A stretch of DNA of 63,837 nt, filler included, from Globobulimina sp. (GCA_003354225.1; 54 parts of 54 records of this genome joined end to end with filler, not necessarily neighbours in it), one strand, 5' to 3'; positions 1 to 12,610 are shown, counted from the whole stretch's first letter. A program made the numbers and translations. Notes: generated by a model from the letters alone, not told the origin.

Positions 1-177
1 CTGCAAAATTATATAGTTCAGCACCGTCTAATTTTTTCTAATTCTTCTATTAGGTAATAGGTATAGATATACATAAAGAACAATACCTGAGCTCGGTAGG
101 TGCTGTACTCATAGGGTACTCAAAAAGAACCAGGTTTCAGCTTGGTTACATATTCTTGTTATTTTAGTATTCTTGTG

Positions 178-344
178 ATATCAGCAATATTGCTAAAAAT
201 ATGAAATCGTTGAAAATTGTAAAATTCCGATGAAAATATCCAAATTAACTAAGAATTCTGATGATTTTGTCGTGATTCAGAGAAACTTTCGTCGGAATTT
301 TGCCATTTGTGACAATTTCATATTTTTACCAATATTCCTAATAT
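178..344. mobile_element. Degenerate MITE-like fold-back element
   Basis: Arms 178-235 and 287-344 are roughly 80% reverse-complementary (atatcagcaatattgctaaaaatatgaaat... / ...atttcatatttttaccaatattcctaatat). Confidence 0.6.
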
Positions 345-356
345 TCTATAAATAAT

Positions 357-559
357 TACAGTAGTGTTCCCGATAAGATATACGCATATGATTAGCTAAT
401 ATATATTAGCTGTAACTAATGCATATTAGTACTCATATATATTAGTTATATTAGACCTTGACAGGTCCACCATTTAGTAAATATATTAGTTACAGCTATA
501 TTACAGCTAATATATATTAGCTAATCATATGCGTATATCTTATCGGGAACACTACTGTA
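357..559. mobile_element. Tc1/mariner/pogo-type MITE with perfect 57-bp TIRs and TA target duplication
   Basis: TIRs 359-415 and 501-557 are exact reverse complements starting CAGTAGTGTTCCCGATAAG; TA at 357-358 and 558-559. Confidence 0.9.
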
Positions 560-750
560 TTTTTGACAGTTTTCATGATTTGCATACATTTGACACTGTC
601 CATAAACCCAATGCACCAATCCTGATTTTTTATTGTATACCGAGTCTGAAAAAGAAGCTGTAAAATATGGATCTCTACTCGAAGTAAACAGCATGCATAC
701 TTACAAACATATTACTAGTATTATGACATCATCATACAATCGAAGATGTA

Positions 751-864
751 TACTTTAGAATAGGACCTGTTTCAAACACTGCGTTTTAGAAAAATTTTAA
801 AACCTATGGAGAGGTCATCACCATCTCCTAACTATGTGTTTCAAACAGGTCATATTCTAAAGTA
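751..864. repeat. Inverted repeat (29-bp arms), possible small MITE
   Basis: tactttagaataggacctgtttcaaacac (751-779) matches the reverse complement of 836-864 at 27/29 positions. Confidence 0.65.
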
Positions 865-1085
865 AATACATACAGCTTCTTTATATCATTGCTAAACTTA
901 TGGTGTATAACACATTGCGTTGAGAAAGGGTATCCGAGCGACCTGAGATTGATATTTGATGGATTCGTCCGTGAATTTCATATTGCTGGATTTTGACTTT
1001 TAATATCTGTTTTGTGTTCTTTAATACCATTTGTTTGACCTTCCAAACGTTCAGCTATCATCGCAGGAAATTCCATGACATAGAT

Positions 1086-1185
1086 NNNNNNNNNNNNNNN
1101 NNNNNNNNNNNNNNNNNNNNNNNNNNNNNTTAATTAATTAANNNNNNNNNNNNNNNNNNNNNNNNNNNNNNNNNNNNNNNNNNNN
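1086..1185. other. Artificial contig spacer (N-run + TTAATTAATTAA + N-run); first of 53 copies, recurring every ~1184 bp
   Basis: Identical 100-bp block with stop codons in all six frames; flanking segments are 1085-1083 bp in descending order. Confidence 0.99.
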
Positions 1186-1254
1186 AAATATTTTATTGCT
1201 TAAATATCTCCAAAAATCCGGTCAAGATTTGTTATTATACAATTTATATAGTTT

Positions 1255-2226
1255 CTATTTGGTGAAATAATCAAAATTCTCCCAGAATTTGGTTTGCTGC
1301 TTATCGTATTCTGTTGGCTTAGTATTTGGATCAATTATTTGTTTCATTTCTGCCATTTTTAATCGTTGCGCTCTTTGCATTCCATAAATACGTTTTGTTC
1401 TATTGATACCATACTTTTTTTGTTTTAACTGAATCAAATTATTCATGTGGTCATATTTAAATTGTTGACATATTTTCTTTTGATATTTTGCATTTTTCAT
1501 TTTCCTTAGTTTTGAATTTTTTAATTCTATTCTTAATTTTCTTGCTTTTTCAATATAATCCACTTTTACAGCTTCTCTGTCTTTAACAATCAGAGTCTCT
1601 GTGATATCAAACTCAATTCCTGTGGTCATGGCATCCAATGCGTATTTTGCATGACTACCCATATCAAAATTGTTTTTATTTTTATTTTTCAAACTATTTA
1701 TTCCCTCTTCAGGCCGGGTATAATGTATAGTTTCTTCAATATCGACACGTTCAAATTTCGGAAATTCAGATTCCGGATCAAATTCTCTGCGAAATGCACT
1801 AAATTGCTGATTGGGATTTTTTCCAATTGGCGATTGTATCAATGCGATATGCGATGATCTGGCAATGTCTGTTGTTGTCGCACAACATTTATTATTATAA
1901 TTCTTATTTATTATAATATTTCTCGATGGTTTAACGTATCCTTTCTGCGCAATATAACCAAATTTACTATTTATGTGACTAATTAATATATTTACTTGTT
2001 TCTCATTTTCTCGTTTTATTACAAAATGCTCTTCTTCCGCTTTGTCGTGTTCTTCCACTCCATTTAAATAACCATTCTCTACCAAGTCGGTCAAAACATC
2101 ATTAATTTGTAATCCATTTGGCAATGATACAATAACTCTGTTAAAACCACCCAAATTTGGAGCTACCATCACATTGTTTGGATCATTCTCGTTTTTATCA
2201 TTAAAACCCGATACTACAGTTCCCAT
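1255..2226 (-). CDS. Hypothetical protein, Lys-rich C-terminus
   Basis: 323-aa intron-less ORF filling the contig; no recognised motif. Confidence 0.55.
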   Translation of the reverse strand: MGTVVSGFNDKNENDPNNVMVAPNLGGFNRVIVSLPNGLQINDVLTDLVENGYLNGVEEHDKAEEEHFVIKRENEKQVNILISHINSKFGYIAQKGYVKPSRNIIINKNYNNKCCATTTDIARSSHIALIQSPIGKNPNQQFSAFRREFDPESEFPKFERVDIEETIHYTRPEEGINSLKNKNKNNFDMGSHAKYALDAMTTGIEFDITETLIVKDREAVKVDYIEKARKLRIELKNSKLRKMKNAKYQKKICQQFKYDHMNNLIQLKQKKYGINRTKRIYGMQRAQRLKMAEMKQIIDPNTKPTEYDKQQTKFWENFDYFTK

Positions 2227-2912
2227 TTAAAGAGCATTTGAACAATAAAAAACTGTTTTTATACTAGAAANNNNNNNNNNNNNNNNNNNNNNNNNNNNNN
2301 NNNNNNNNNNNNNNTTAATTAATTAANNNNNNNNNNNNNNNNNNNNNNNNNNNNNNNNNNNNNNNNNNNNATTTGCTGTTTCCAAACAAAATGCATTGGC
2401 CTTTGTTGCAGGATTTGTCATTGCAAAATTTATAGCGTTTATTGTAAATATATTGAATCCTAATTTGTTTTGATTGAACGATATATTCCAATAGATGTAT
2501 ACTAGTATTTTTCTTTTGGATTTGTTCTAACTTTGTTGTGTTAGCACTGCGCACCGTGGACTTACGCGTGTTTCTTATCGATACAGTGTTTCAATAAAGT
2601 TATCAGCTTACTTCAATTCTAGGAAATGTCCAACCCTCACAAGGTTATTCAAGCAAAAATTCGAATAGTTCTAAATATGTACAAGACATAAGTGCCAGAA
2701 CAACAACATTGCACAATCATGGACAAAAAAACTAAATAAGTATGGTCGAGCGGTAACACAAAAACAAAACTATGGTCATTATTCAATCAAACACAAAAAC
2801 CAAAAATCAAAAGATTTAAAAAAAAATTCAATGCACAACATCAGTGTCAGATAAAACACCAAATCCAGTTAAAATTTTTTTTTTGAACTAAAACAATAAT
2901 AATACATTAATA

Positions 2913-3338
2913 TTAATATAACACTGCAATAATAAATATAAACGCAATCGCTATTACGCTATTACCGCCATTTCTGAATCCAGCACCAATGGTATAATCC
3001 GGATGTGAACACGTTAACACTTCAGAATAATAATTTTGATGATTCCATTGTCGTTTATCACATCCATTTGGTTTATACAACGGGAAAATCCCCGTTTGAT
3101 TTCCCGTACAATTAAATTCATCCCATCGTTCGAGATACGCCGCGTCTTCGTTACATGCGGCATTATACCAATACCATTTTTTATTTGTGCCTCTCCCCTC
3201 AAATCCTTTAACGCACTGATTCGTAATCGCTGGAAACGTTTTATAAAATCTTTTGGACTCATCCCGTACACAAACTTCCTCCTCGGTGCCATTAACAATC
3301 TCAGTGGTCATCATTCCTAGCGATAATTTTATAATCAT
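2913..3338 (-). CDS. Cys-rich surface protein with C-terminal hydrophobic (TM/GPI) tail, 5'-partial
   Basis: Spaced Cys residues; ends VIAIAFIFIIAVLY. Confidence 0.5.
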   Translation of the reverse strand: MIIKLSLGMMTTEIVNGTEEEVCVRDESKRFYKTFPAITNQCVKGFEGRGTNKKWYWYNAACNEDAAYLERWDEFNCTGNQTGIFPLYKPNGCDKRQWNHQNYYSEVLTCSHPDYTIGAGFRNGGNSVIAIAFIFIIAVLY

Positions 3339-3651
3339 ATACTTTTATTTCTGACCGCGAAGATAGCCAAAATAAAAGGATAGTTCGTATAAAAAACTAA
3401 CCACTAAACCAGCTTTTGAATGCCTGAACTTTATAGCGACTTACAATAATCTCACNNNNNNNNNNNNNNNNNNNNNNNNNNNNNNNNNNNNNNNNNNNNT
3501 TAATTAATTAANNNNNNNNNNNNNNNNNNNNNNNNNNNNNNNNNNNNNNNNNNNNGATATTAATCATAAATAATATTAATATTAATAATAGCGATTAAAA
3601 TGATCTCGTTTGTTGCAAAAAATGACGGACATTTTCTGTTTTTTTGTATAC

Positions 3652-3938
3652 CAACTGTAGATTTTATGCGGCCAAAAATGACTTGAGTGAGGAAGTCGGA
3701 TTCCTCTGGATTCCTCAGACCATGACACTGAAAAGTTCATCTAGTTTTTGTTTCTTTTTTTTAGGTTGTTGCCAATTAGCAGCACCACGTTTACGGCTGT
3801 TTCTGACGCTTGGCATCCTTTAAGAGGATGCAAGCTGCTGCTACTTAAGCAAAAATGTTAGTTTCCTTACTGAAAAAAAACACTAGATTCCTCACTCAAA
3901 ACGGATTCCGGATGCCTTCCGCATAAAATCTACAGTTG
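3652..3938. mobile_element. MITE-like element with 20-bp TIRs
   Basis: caactgtagattttatgcgg (3652-3671) / ccgcataaaatctacagttg (3919-3938) are perfect; inner inverted pair ttgagtgaggaa/ttcctcactcaa; no clear TSD. Confidence 0.7.
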
Positions 3939-5271
3939 ACGTAAACTGAATAATCAACAGAAATTCATTTAAATAAGATATGTTGTCATTGGATATGGTC
4001 ATACACCCATATTTTTCCCCTTCGGAGATGCGACAAAAAAATACCACGAGATTTTTTTTTGTCAAATTTGCAATTTGATTGATTACATAATATCTTTATA
4101 TCCATACCTAATCAGATTTTAATTTTCATAAAATTCCACTCATACAATCCCTTTCAAATAACCTCTTTTCCATAAAGCTATACAAATATTGCTCCGTGAT
4201 AGCGTTTCCATAAGTTTCCGTATAATAATAAATAAAACGTTTTACTTTGACCATATAATTTTTCATCCAAAAGCTTGGCCGGCAAATTTTTAATATTCAT
4301 ATTATTATTCTTTATTATCTAAACTTTATGTATAACCATTGCCAGCTTAAACCAATTTGCCAATTTTTTGTTCTGAGTCTATTCATCCAACTCACGTCCA
4401 TATTATCCGCAGCATCGATTATATGCGATTGGTATAGCTTTTGAGTGGCCTAGAAGCAATTGGATGGTCGCATGCTGGATTGAGTCGCTTCTTCAGGTTT
4501 TTTTGTGATGTTTATGGTAAAAAAGTTTAATCCAACGCAAGCATTGCAAGCATGGGTGCGTACCGTTGGGATAATAATTTGTAAGCATTGGAAATGAATA
4601 TAGGAGATGGGTCATGCACGGATTTGAGGATGTAATATTANNNNNNNNNNNNNNNNNNNNNNNNNNNNNNNNNNNNNNNNNNNNTTAATTAATTAANNNN
4701 NNNNNNNNNNNNNNNNNNNNNNNNNNNNNNNNNNNNNNNNATGAATTCGATCTCTCGGCGAGGATCTTCTGCGACACGGTCTGAAAACTCGTTTTTCATG
4801 TCTTTGAGGCATAATTTGATGACTTCTTTCTTACGTTTTGAGCTTTTCAACGTCCCCAATAAAACCTGTTTATTTTATGTGTTGGTGCGTCGCGTGCAAT
4901 GATGGTGGCAAATTGTAATAGAATTTGAATGAACGAAACTTGTCCAAGGATGGAGGTGGCGAGGCCTATGGTGTCAGAGTATTTTTCTTTTATGTACGAT
5001 TGAGCAAAGGGCACTTTGCGCACAGATTTGGTGGCCTGGTTCTCAGCCATTTAGCTATGATTGGATCTCAAATCAATTCGATCAGAAAAATGCTGGAAAT
5101 GAAGATTTGCGATCAAACTGGAATTGCAATTGTCTGTGGTATCAACACACAACACAAGAGCAGGATGGACAAAAGGAAAGAGAGAGACGAGGAAAGATCG
5201 AGAGATGGTCGGATGATCTGTAAATATTAAATGTCAGTATAAGAAAAGTTTTCAATGAAAAAAAATCATTT

Positions 5272-5825
5272 TTAGTGGCACGCTTTCCCAAATTTTTTCA
5301 GTTTCCAATAATTATAAGGCAATGGAACAAGAAAGCCAGCCATCATTGCAAATGGAATTGAAAACAGGGTAACATTCGCAGCTCCAACAATCATATAATC
5401 GGTTATGTTCATAGCTGTTTCCATTGCAATCATGGACATTAATGACATCCCCAATGCAGTGGATGTAGCTTCTTGTAATGTCATTCCATTTTTTTTGTTC
5501 CGAGTGTATAAAATTCCTGTCTCCAACATGATGCTTGTTAACAATCCATTAAAAGTACCAAAAAATCCATATTTTGATGAATTAAATCTCAATGATAAAG
5601 CCAGAAAAAGATTGTTTGGGCTTATTTGCATACTTTGGTTTTGCCTAACAATATATCCACTATCCATCGTCAGCATACCCGTCAAACATTTAACTAAAGT
5701 CGACTTCCCTGCACCGTTGTGCCCTAAAACGGCAATGACCTCCCCTTCATTGGCACTAAATGAAATATCATCAAGCACTTTACAGCCATGTAGGCACTTA
5801 ATTAATCCAGCAACTGAAATAGCAT
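5272..5825 (-). CDS. Chimeric ORF: ABC-transporter ATPase N-terminal fragment fused in frame to a DUF4396-like C-terminus
   Basis: VLDDISFSANEGEVIAVLGHNGAGKSTL (Walker A), then GMSLMSMIAMETAMNITDY...PLPYNYWKLKKFGKACH; no ABC signature or Walker B. Confidence 0.6.
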
Positions 5826-5925
5826 NNNNNNNNNNNNNNNNNNNNNNNNNNNNNNNNNNNNNNNNNNNNTTAATTAATTAANNNNNNNNNNNNNNNNNNN
5901 NNNNNNNNNNNNNNNNNNNNNNNNN

Positions 5926-7010
5926 TAACTTATTTATATTCAAATTATCCATAATATCAATCTCAACGTTTGTATATGCGCCAATCGCATAAACTAAACC
6001 AGTGTTACTGTATAAATCATATATCTTTGAATCGCCACAAATTGTAAACTGTGTAAAATCTGCAAATATCCCATGTACCATATTGCCAGTATAGCCATAT
6101 AAATATGGTGTATTTTGCAGAAAATGCCCGGTTCCCTCGAAGTTCTCCATGTTCCCATCCCAATATTCAGTGCATAATGTTGAACCAAGTGGAGATTGTT
6201 CATGTAAGTTATAAATGGATAAAGTATCAAATTTAATATTTTCAACACCATCAATCCTGATACCCATCACGCCTTTGGCAGAATGGGTCATTCGATCGCC
6301 ATTACAACCTAGAAATGGATGTGAATGATCATCAACATCTGACCATTGGTATTTGCCCAGTGCCCAGCCACTAAACTCTTTGCCAATTACCATTAATCCT
6401 TTCTCGCCCCAATCATCAGTACACAAATCTAATGCAATGTGTGCGTCTGTCAATACATCACCAACATATTCAACGGTATTCCATGGAATATCATAATATC
6501 CTAAGTCTGTAATATCATCGCCTAATACACTGCGTGCATCTAATGCTGCATTGTACGGATTTGCATACGGCGTAATACTAAACTCATCCAAACGCAAATA
6601 TTCACGTGTTTTGTGCACTAAATCGTGGATGACCACATGTTCAATCTGCGCATTTTTAGAGTGCTTAAGTGAGGGATGGATTTGAAAAACATTTGCAAAG
6701 TATAAATTCAAAAATAAACCATACATTACCGCACCGTATGGGATACCATCTGAATTTATAAATAACTTCCTAGAAGAATCCGATATAAATGTCGTACCAC
6801 TACTCATTACATATTTAAATGCCATATCCATTTCATCGCGTAATGCCTCAATAATATCATCAATATCTGTGATCATTTTCTTTCTACCACTAAATGTAAA
6901 TGGAAACACATGTTTTTTATATTTTGCCGGATCATTCTTAATTCTTTCCAATCTCTGCAATGTAAACCTACCAAAGCCCTATTCCCCATTTAAGTATGCA
7001 CTGGTCCATG
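5926..7010 (-). CDS. Internal fragment of a large hypothetical protein
   Basis: Open frame across essentially the whole contig (~360 aa) with normal composition. Confidence 0.65.
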
Positions 7011-7556
7011 NNNNNNNNNNNNNNNNNNNNNNNNNNNNNNNNNNNNNNNNNNNNTTAATTAATTAANNNNNNNNNNNNNNNNNNNNNNNNNNNNNNNNNN
7101 NNNNNNNNNNGAAAAATAAAAATTAAACCAAAACCAAAAAAAAACAACGAAATACCCCGACAACAAAAGCAATAAAAAAAAGAAAAAGAAGTCAAAAATG
7201 TAGTATCAAGTCAACCATTGTCGTATATAAAATATACAGAATCTTTTGCATGACATAAAACGATAAATCTTTACATGAATACATGACATAATCAACAAAT
7301 AAATAAATAACATGATAAGAAATCGGCTCATTCAACAGTGAGAATTTTATTTTTTTTATTTGTTTTTTAAATAAATATTTTTCATTCGACTCTTATCCAT
7401 ACGATATATTTTATTTTTTTTTGTTGAGTTGGAAATTTTTTGTTGCATTTTTCATAAATTATTCATGGAATAAGCATAAAAAAAACAAAACAATGGATAA
7501 AGCAACTAAAAAAAAGGAGATATACAAGATACAAAAACAAAAAAAGGAAAGCGTTT

Positions 7557-8195
7557 CTATATCCGTCCATGATAAGGATTGGCATAATTGACATGCATCG
7601 GAAAAATGACATAGGCATATTTCTGTACAGGAGCTGCGGGAATAGAGATGGGATAATTAGGATAAGCCATATATGGATTTGGCTGCAAATTGAACACATT
7701 GCAATTGGGCGCGATATACTTAACATTGTTCATCACATTGCCATTATGCGACGGATACTGAGCGTGCGGGTTTTGAGTGGTCACAAATGGCGGTAAATGT
7801 GGTAAGGACTGTTGTTGGATTTTGATGATGGGAAAGGAGGATATATTCGCTATGTTTGGCACATGGAAAGAGACGGCGCCATTTTGTTTACTTTGTGGTG
7901 CCGGCGAATCGGCGGAGGATACGGAATTAGTGGCAGATGCATTGCTGTCGCGGTCGCTGTCTCCATCGTTGATATTGCCTTCATCCTTCTCCATTACTTT
8001 TGGAGGCAGTGACTTAACCACAGACTCCTTAGCAGACGCTGGCGATGGTGCTGGTGCTGGGACTTTCAAATTGGAAAATATCTGAGGCTGTGGCTGTGGC
8101 TGTCGCTGTGGCTGTGGCTGCGGAGGCCGATAAAATACATTTTGAGGCCTATTATTATATTGATTTTGAGTGATATTCATCATTTGGATCTGTTG
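7557..8195 (-). CDS. Low-complexity Pro/Gln/Asn-rich protein C-terminus
   Basis: 208-aa ORF with PQPQ repeats followed by a T-rich (minus strand) 3' UTR-like region. Confidence 0.55.
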   Translation of the reverse strand, partial: QQIQMMNITQNQYNNRPQNVFYRPPQPQPQRQPQPQPQIFSNLKVPAPAPSPASAKESVVKSLPPKVMEKDEGNINDGDSDRDSNASATNSVSSADSPAPQSKQNGAVSFHVPNIANISSFPIIKIQQQSLPHLPPFVTTQNPHAQYPSHNGNVMNNVKYIAPNCNVFNLQPNPYMAYPNYPISIPAAPVQKYAYVIFPMHVNYANPYHGRI

Positions 8196-8295
8196 NNNNN
8201 NNNNNNNNNNNNNNNNNNNNNNNNNNNNNNNNNNNNNNNTTAATTAATTAANNNNNNNNNNNNNNNNNNNNNNNNNNNNNNNNNNNNNNNNNNNN

Positions 8296-8968
8296 GGTTT
8301 AAGGTTGGATTCCTGGGTGGTGATACGGATGGTACTTCGGTTGGCGCGGTCGTTGGTTTTTGTGTTGCAGGAAGACCTGTAATGTCAATGTAAGCAGGAT
8401 ATATAAAGGTAGCACTGGCGTTCCATTCAAGTCTAAAACGGACTTGATATGTGGACCATTGTGATAGAGAGCTAGGATTGCAATCCATCCACGTAAGATT
8501 CTGCGCAGTGAGCAGTACACCATTCCAATTGTGAAGAGTCGCGACGTCTTCCCAAGCATTTTCATTGACGTCTAGTACTTGTACATATGATAACGTCGGA
8601 TTGGCAAAAACCGGTTGGTTCGCTACTTCCCAGGCGAACGTAAATGCGGATAGTTGGTAAAAATCATCAGGAGAAGGACGATTAATCGTAACCACCCCTT
8701 CAATATATGAATTACCAGTCAATTCAAATGTATTAGAAGGATCTGCGGGTTCATTATATAATTTAACAAAGAAAGGATTAGTGCTACAATCACATGGCAT
8801 TTTATCAGGAACGTCAGTACACGAAGTTAGAACAGGTTCTATTGCTCCAACATCATTTGAATCAGCTTGATTATAAAATAATTCACAATCTGCGAAATAC
8901 CAGCTAAGCGCACCATTACTTAATTGAATGGTAAATATTGCACAACTAAATAAAAATAATAAGCTCAT
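8296..8968 (-). CDS. Secreted protein with PT/PS repeat linker, 3'-partial
   Basis: Signal-like MSLLFLFSCAIFTIQLSNG; ends ...PTTAPTEVPSVSPPRNPTL. Confidence 0.6.
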
Positions 8969-9713
8969 TTTATCCACGTAGCATGGACAACTTGGACAGT
9001 TGGACTTGAGTTTTTTGTTGTTGAGGTGTATATTTTGAAAGCACAGATTTTGCTGTGCAAAAAATCCGTTGTCAGGAAAAGAACTCAACACCACTGCAGG
9101 CACCACTATTGACCAAATTTTCATTGTGGTGGTCGGATTTCAACTTTTGTTGTTGAGCTATCACCACAATGAAATTTGGTCAATAGCAGTGAATGAATTG
9201 ATGAAGAGATGTGGAAATCTGATAAACTGTAAAAATAAATGCTTCATGTAAAGTTTATACATTTGTGTTGTCACAGTGCATATACATATAATTAATTATT
9301 GTGTGTATCAGCTTTGAAATACATATTCCTTACACATCTTTAACACACAACTACTATCCAACAGAATTTCTGTTGGATTGNNNNNNNNNNNNNNNNNNNN
9401 NNNNNNNNNNNNNNNNNNNNNNNNTTAATTAATTAANNNNNNNNNNNNNNNNNNNNNNNNNNNNNNNNNNNNNNNNNNNNTAGGCAATATCAACTGATAC
9501 ACTGATGCTGGTACTCAGATCCAGCAATCTCAAATATATATATATATGTATATAGGCAATATCAACTGATACACTGATACTCTGAAACAATGTATACAAG
9601 TTGTGTGATCACGAACTAAGCCTCGATGTTTGCACTAAAAAAAACTTTTCACTGACCTCACACTTCACCATCTCCCTACTTTTAAACACTACTTCATATT
9701 TCCACTGACCTCC

Positions 9714-10565
9714 ATGTACTCTCTTTTAATATCACGAAATGGCTTTCAAGTCCTTCCTGTGAATCCAAGCACTGAATATAAACACGATATTATTATTTTT
9801 GCAGAAAACAAATATTATTTTAGTCGTTGTCGTTACTCACAAAATCGTCAGGTGAAGGTGCTAGATTACAAATGTTCCCACCCACGTTGTACATGTCCTA
9901 GTCTCAAAGTGAATTTCGAAAAAACCCATATTCTGTTGACTCCTCCCGGACTAAATGGTTACGAAGACAAAGTTGGATTGTTAATCCGATACGAACACAC
10001 ACATAAATTAAAAGATGGTACTATTCATGCTCCCACATGGACAAATTATAAATTGGCTAAAGAATGGGGTTTACGAACATTAGTATATTTTACCTCCGTT
10101 TACGGGCACGTTAGTCAAGCATGGAAGCAGTTTGGGCGACAATATCCTGTCCGCAGTCTTGTATTCAACAAAATTAGTCAAGTAGATACCATCTTATATA
10201 CCAAACGTTCCCGATACAAACCAAAATTACCCACTACAAAGGAATTAGCATTAAAGCGTTTATTAGATAAAAACAACATGGAGGCACATAATTTTTGGGG
10301 TCGTCTAAAAATTCAACACGATCAAATGGTTAATGACCCTGACATTAAAGATTTAGTTAATCTCAACGAAGAGCAACGAATACAAACGGAGATGCATGTT
10401 ATTAGGACAAACATCTCCTTACAGCAGAAACGACATAAATATTTACAATATAAATTAAATAAATTAACCGCCCCGGAATATTATCATAGCACATTGATTT
10501 GGAATGCCAGTGATGATGGCTCCATTATTATAATCGGCTCCTTTCACGGTGCCCTCCGTTTAGTT
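9714..10565 (+). mobile_element. Putative Mutator-like (MULE) transposase, N-terminal part
   Basis: WRKY/FLYWCH-like YKCSHPRC...HTH; ends in SIIIIGSFHGALRL, resembling the segment just before the MULE DGTF motif; catalytic core beyond the contig end. Confidence 0.4.
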
Positions 10566-10665
10566 NNNNNNNNNNNNNNNNNNNNNNNNNNNNNNNNNNN
10601 NNNNNNNNNTTAATTAATTAANNNNNNNNNNNNNNNNNNNNNNNNNNNNNNNNNNNNNNNNNNNN

Positions 10666-10783
10666 AGTTGATCTCAACAGTAGGAGTACCTCGAATAGTT
10701 GGTCCAATAAAAGAAGGACAACAAATAGAAATACACTGTTTTGTCGACGCATCAAAAAGAGCGTATGCAGCAGTATTGTATGT
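10666..10783 (+). mobile_element. BEL/Pao LTR-retrotransposon RNase H fragment
   Basis: VPRIVG...IEIHCFVDASKRAYAAVLY matches the Pao-type HxFxDASxxAYAAVxY motif; similarity stops abruptly. Confidence 0.8.
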
Positions 10784-11893
10784 TTCTAAATTCATTTATG
10801 ACACCGTCAAAGCACGTGGGGCACTTAAAACGCACTTTCAAAAAAATCGGCTATTTAACGCAAATTTTTGAGTTTTGGCTCATTTTCTGAATGAAATTGG
10901 TGACATTTGAGAACCGGTAACTTGGGAACGAAGGATCATGGAGACCTGAGGCTTGCACCATTCGACGCAGAATATAAAGTTGATGTCATAGCGCGAGATT
11001 TTGAGCATTTTGGACCACTTTTTACCCTATTTGATTTCAAAAAACCGTTTTTTGCACCGGTGCAAGTTAGAAAATTTTTAAAAAAACAAAAATGATCGCC
11101 TTAACGTGAGGAATCGAATGGTCTATTCGGTTTTTACTCTAGAGAAAATACCGAAAACCCGTTTTTCTTATGTTTCAACAAAATATGTAGGAAATTTTCG
11201 GTACCCTGAAAAAATTTCAGATCAAGGTCGATCTCGGTCAGGGGAACAACTTTTGTACAGAAACTTTTTTGATCTGCGCACGTTAAAAAATAGAAAACCG
11301 CCAAAAACTGCCAGTCTCACTCACTAGTTTTGAGATAGACTTTAGTATCGAAACAAAAATTAGGACCACACCGGTTCCCAACAATAATACTTGAATATTT
11401 TTACGAACATTATCCATACCGACCTTGAATATTGGCAGGTCTTGTTTGCATCTTATTTATATATAATAATAATAGGACGAGGGAAAGATGAGCCTCAGAA
11501 CAAACAACAAGAACCGAGTTAAGCATGGGCAACGGTTAAGAAAAGGGGTGCGTGGCTCCGGTAAAATCGATCGTCGACGATCGTCGACGGCCTCTGATTG
11601 GCTCTGGCACGGTGCCAAATCGTCGATTTCGCTCTATGCTACAACATATGAAAAGATTCGCCCAGTAATCGATAATTTTACACGTAAAGTACGGATGCAA
11701 AAGCTCATACCATTCTTCTTATATATTCCGGTCGATTTTTGTATGCATTTNNNNNNNNNNNNNNNNNNNNNNNNNNNNNNNNNNNNNNNNNNNNTTAATT
11801 AATTAANNNNNNNNNNNNNNNNNNNNNNNNNNNNNNNNNNNNNNNNNNNNCATAAACAGCACATTTAATTTACTTGTTATTTTTCCCGATTCA

Positions 11894-12610
11894 GTGAGGA
11901 AATTAATATTCAAATATTATTTTATCCGCAAAAAAAATGAAGTTGAGCGATTATTGTTTGTTGGACATGTAATGTTATCCAAATATTTAGCAATGGTTGA
12001 TGTTAAAAAAATAATTTGTGATAAATTTGGTGATAAAGTTCCGCGACCTTCGAAATTAATGCGACTGCGACATGTTCATATTACGTCACGTATCGATGTG
12101 TATGATTTGGAAGAAAGCAATTTTGAGCCGGTCATAAATGAAGTTTATTATGACAATGTTACTCTGAATGCAAATTGTAACAGAATTCATGGTGCTGCTA
12201 AACGATGGAAAAAAATGAAAATATGCTGTCAACAGTTGAATAAAACAGAAATATTTACGGAGAAACATAAATTGTTAAATTGTGCGAGGTGTTATGAGCG
12301 AACTTCAAATGAATGGATAATGGAGGAATTCACTGAAATGGTATTTTTAAGGCATGCAAATATTGACAATGTTAAACGTAGAATTTGTAATGAAATTGCT
12401 CAGGATTTGCAACCAAATGATATACTGATTCAAGCACATTATTATAAATATTTTAATGCAGATAAGTTATCCGATTATATTAACAAAGTAGATATCGATT
12501 TTTTGGCGAGTTTGCAATTGCGATCTAATGCAACGCAGCGATGGTTGCGTAGTCCAGATTCATTGACAGAATATCAGAGTTGCGATATTTTGTTGTTTGG
12601 GAAATTGTGA
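11894..12610 (+). CDS. Hypothetical protein, 3' exon
   Basis: 238-aa open frame starting just after a ttcag acceptor. Confidence 0.5.
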   Translation: MRKLIFKYYFIRKKNEVERLLFVGHVMLSKYLAMVDVKKIICDKFGDKVPRPSKLMRLRHVHITSRIDVYDLEESNFEPVINEVYYDNVTLNANCNRIHGAAKRWKKMKICCQQLNKTEIFTEKHKLLNCARCYERTSNEWIMEEFTEMVFLRHANIDNVKRRICNEIAQDLQPNDILIQAHYYKYFNADKLSDYINKVDIDFLASLQLRSNATQRWLRSPDSLTEYQSCDILLFGKL

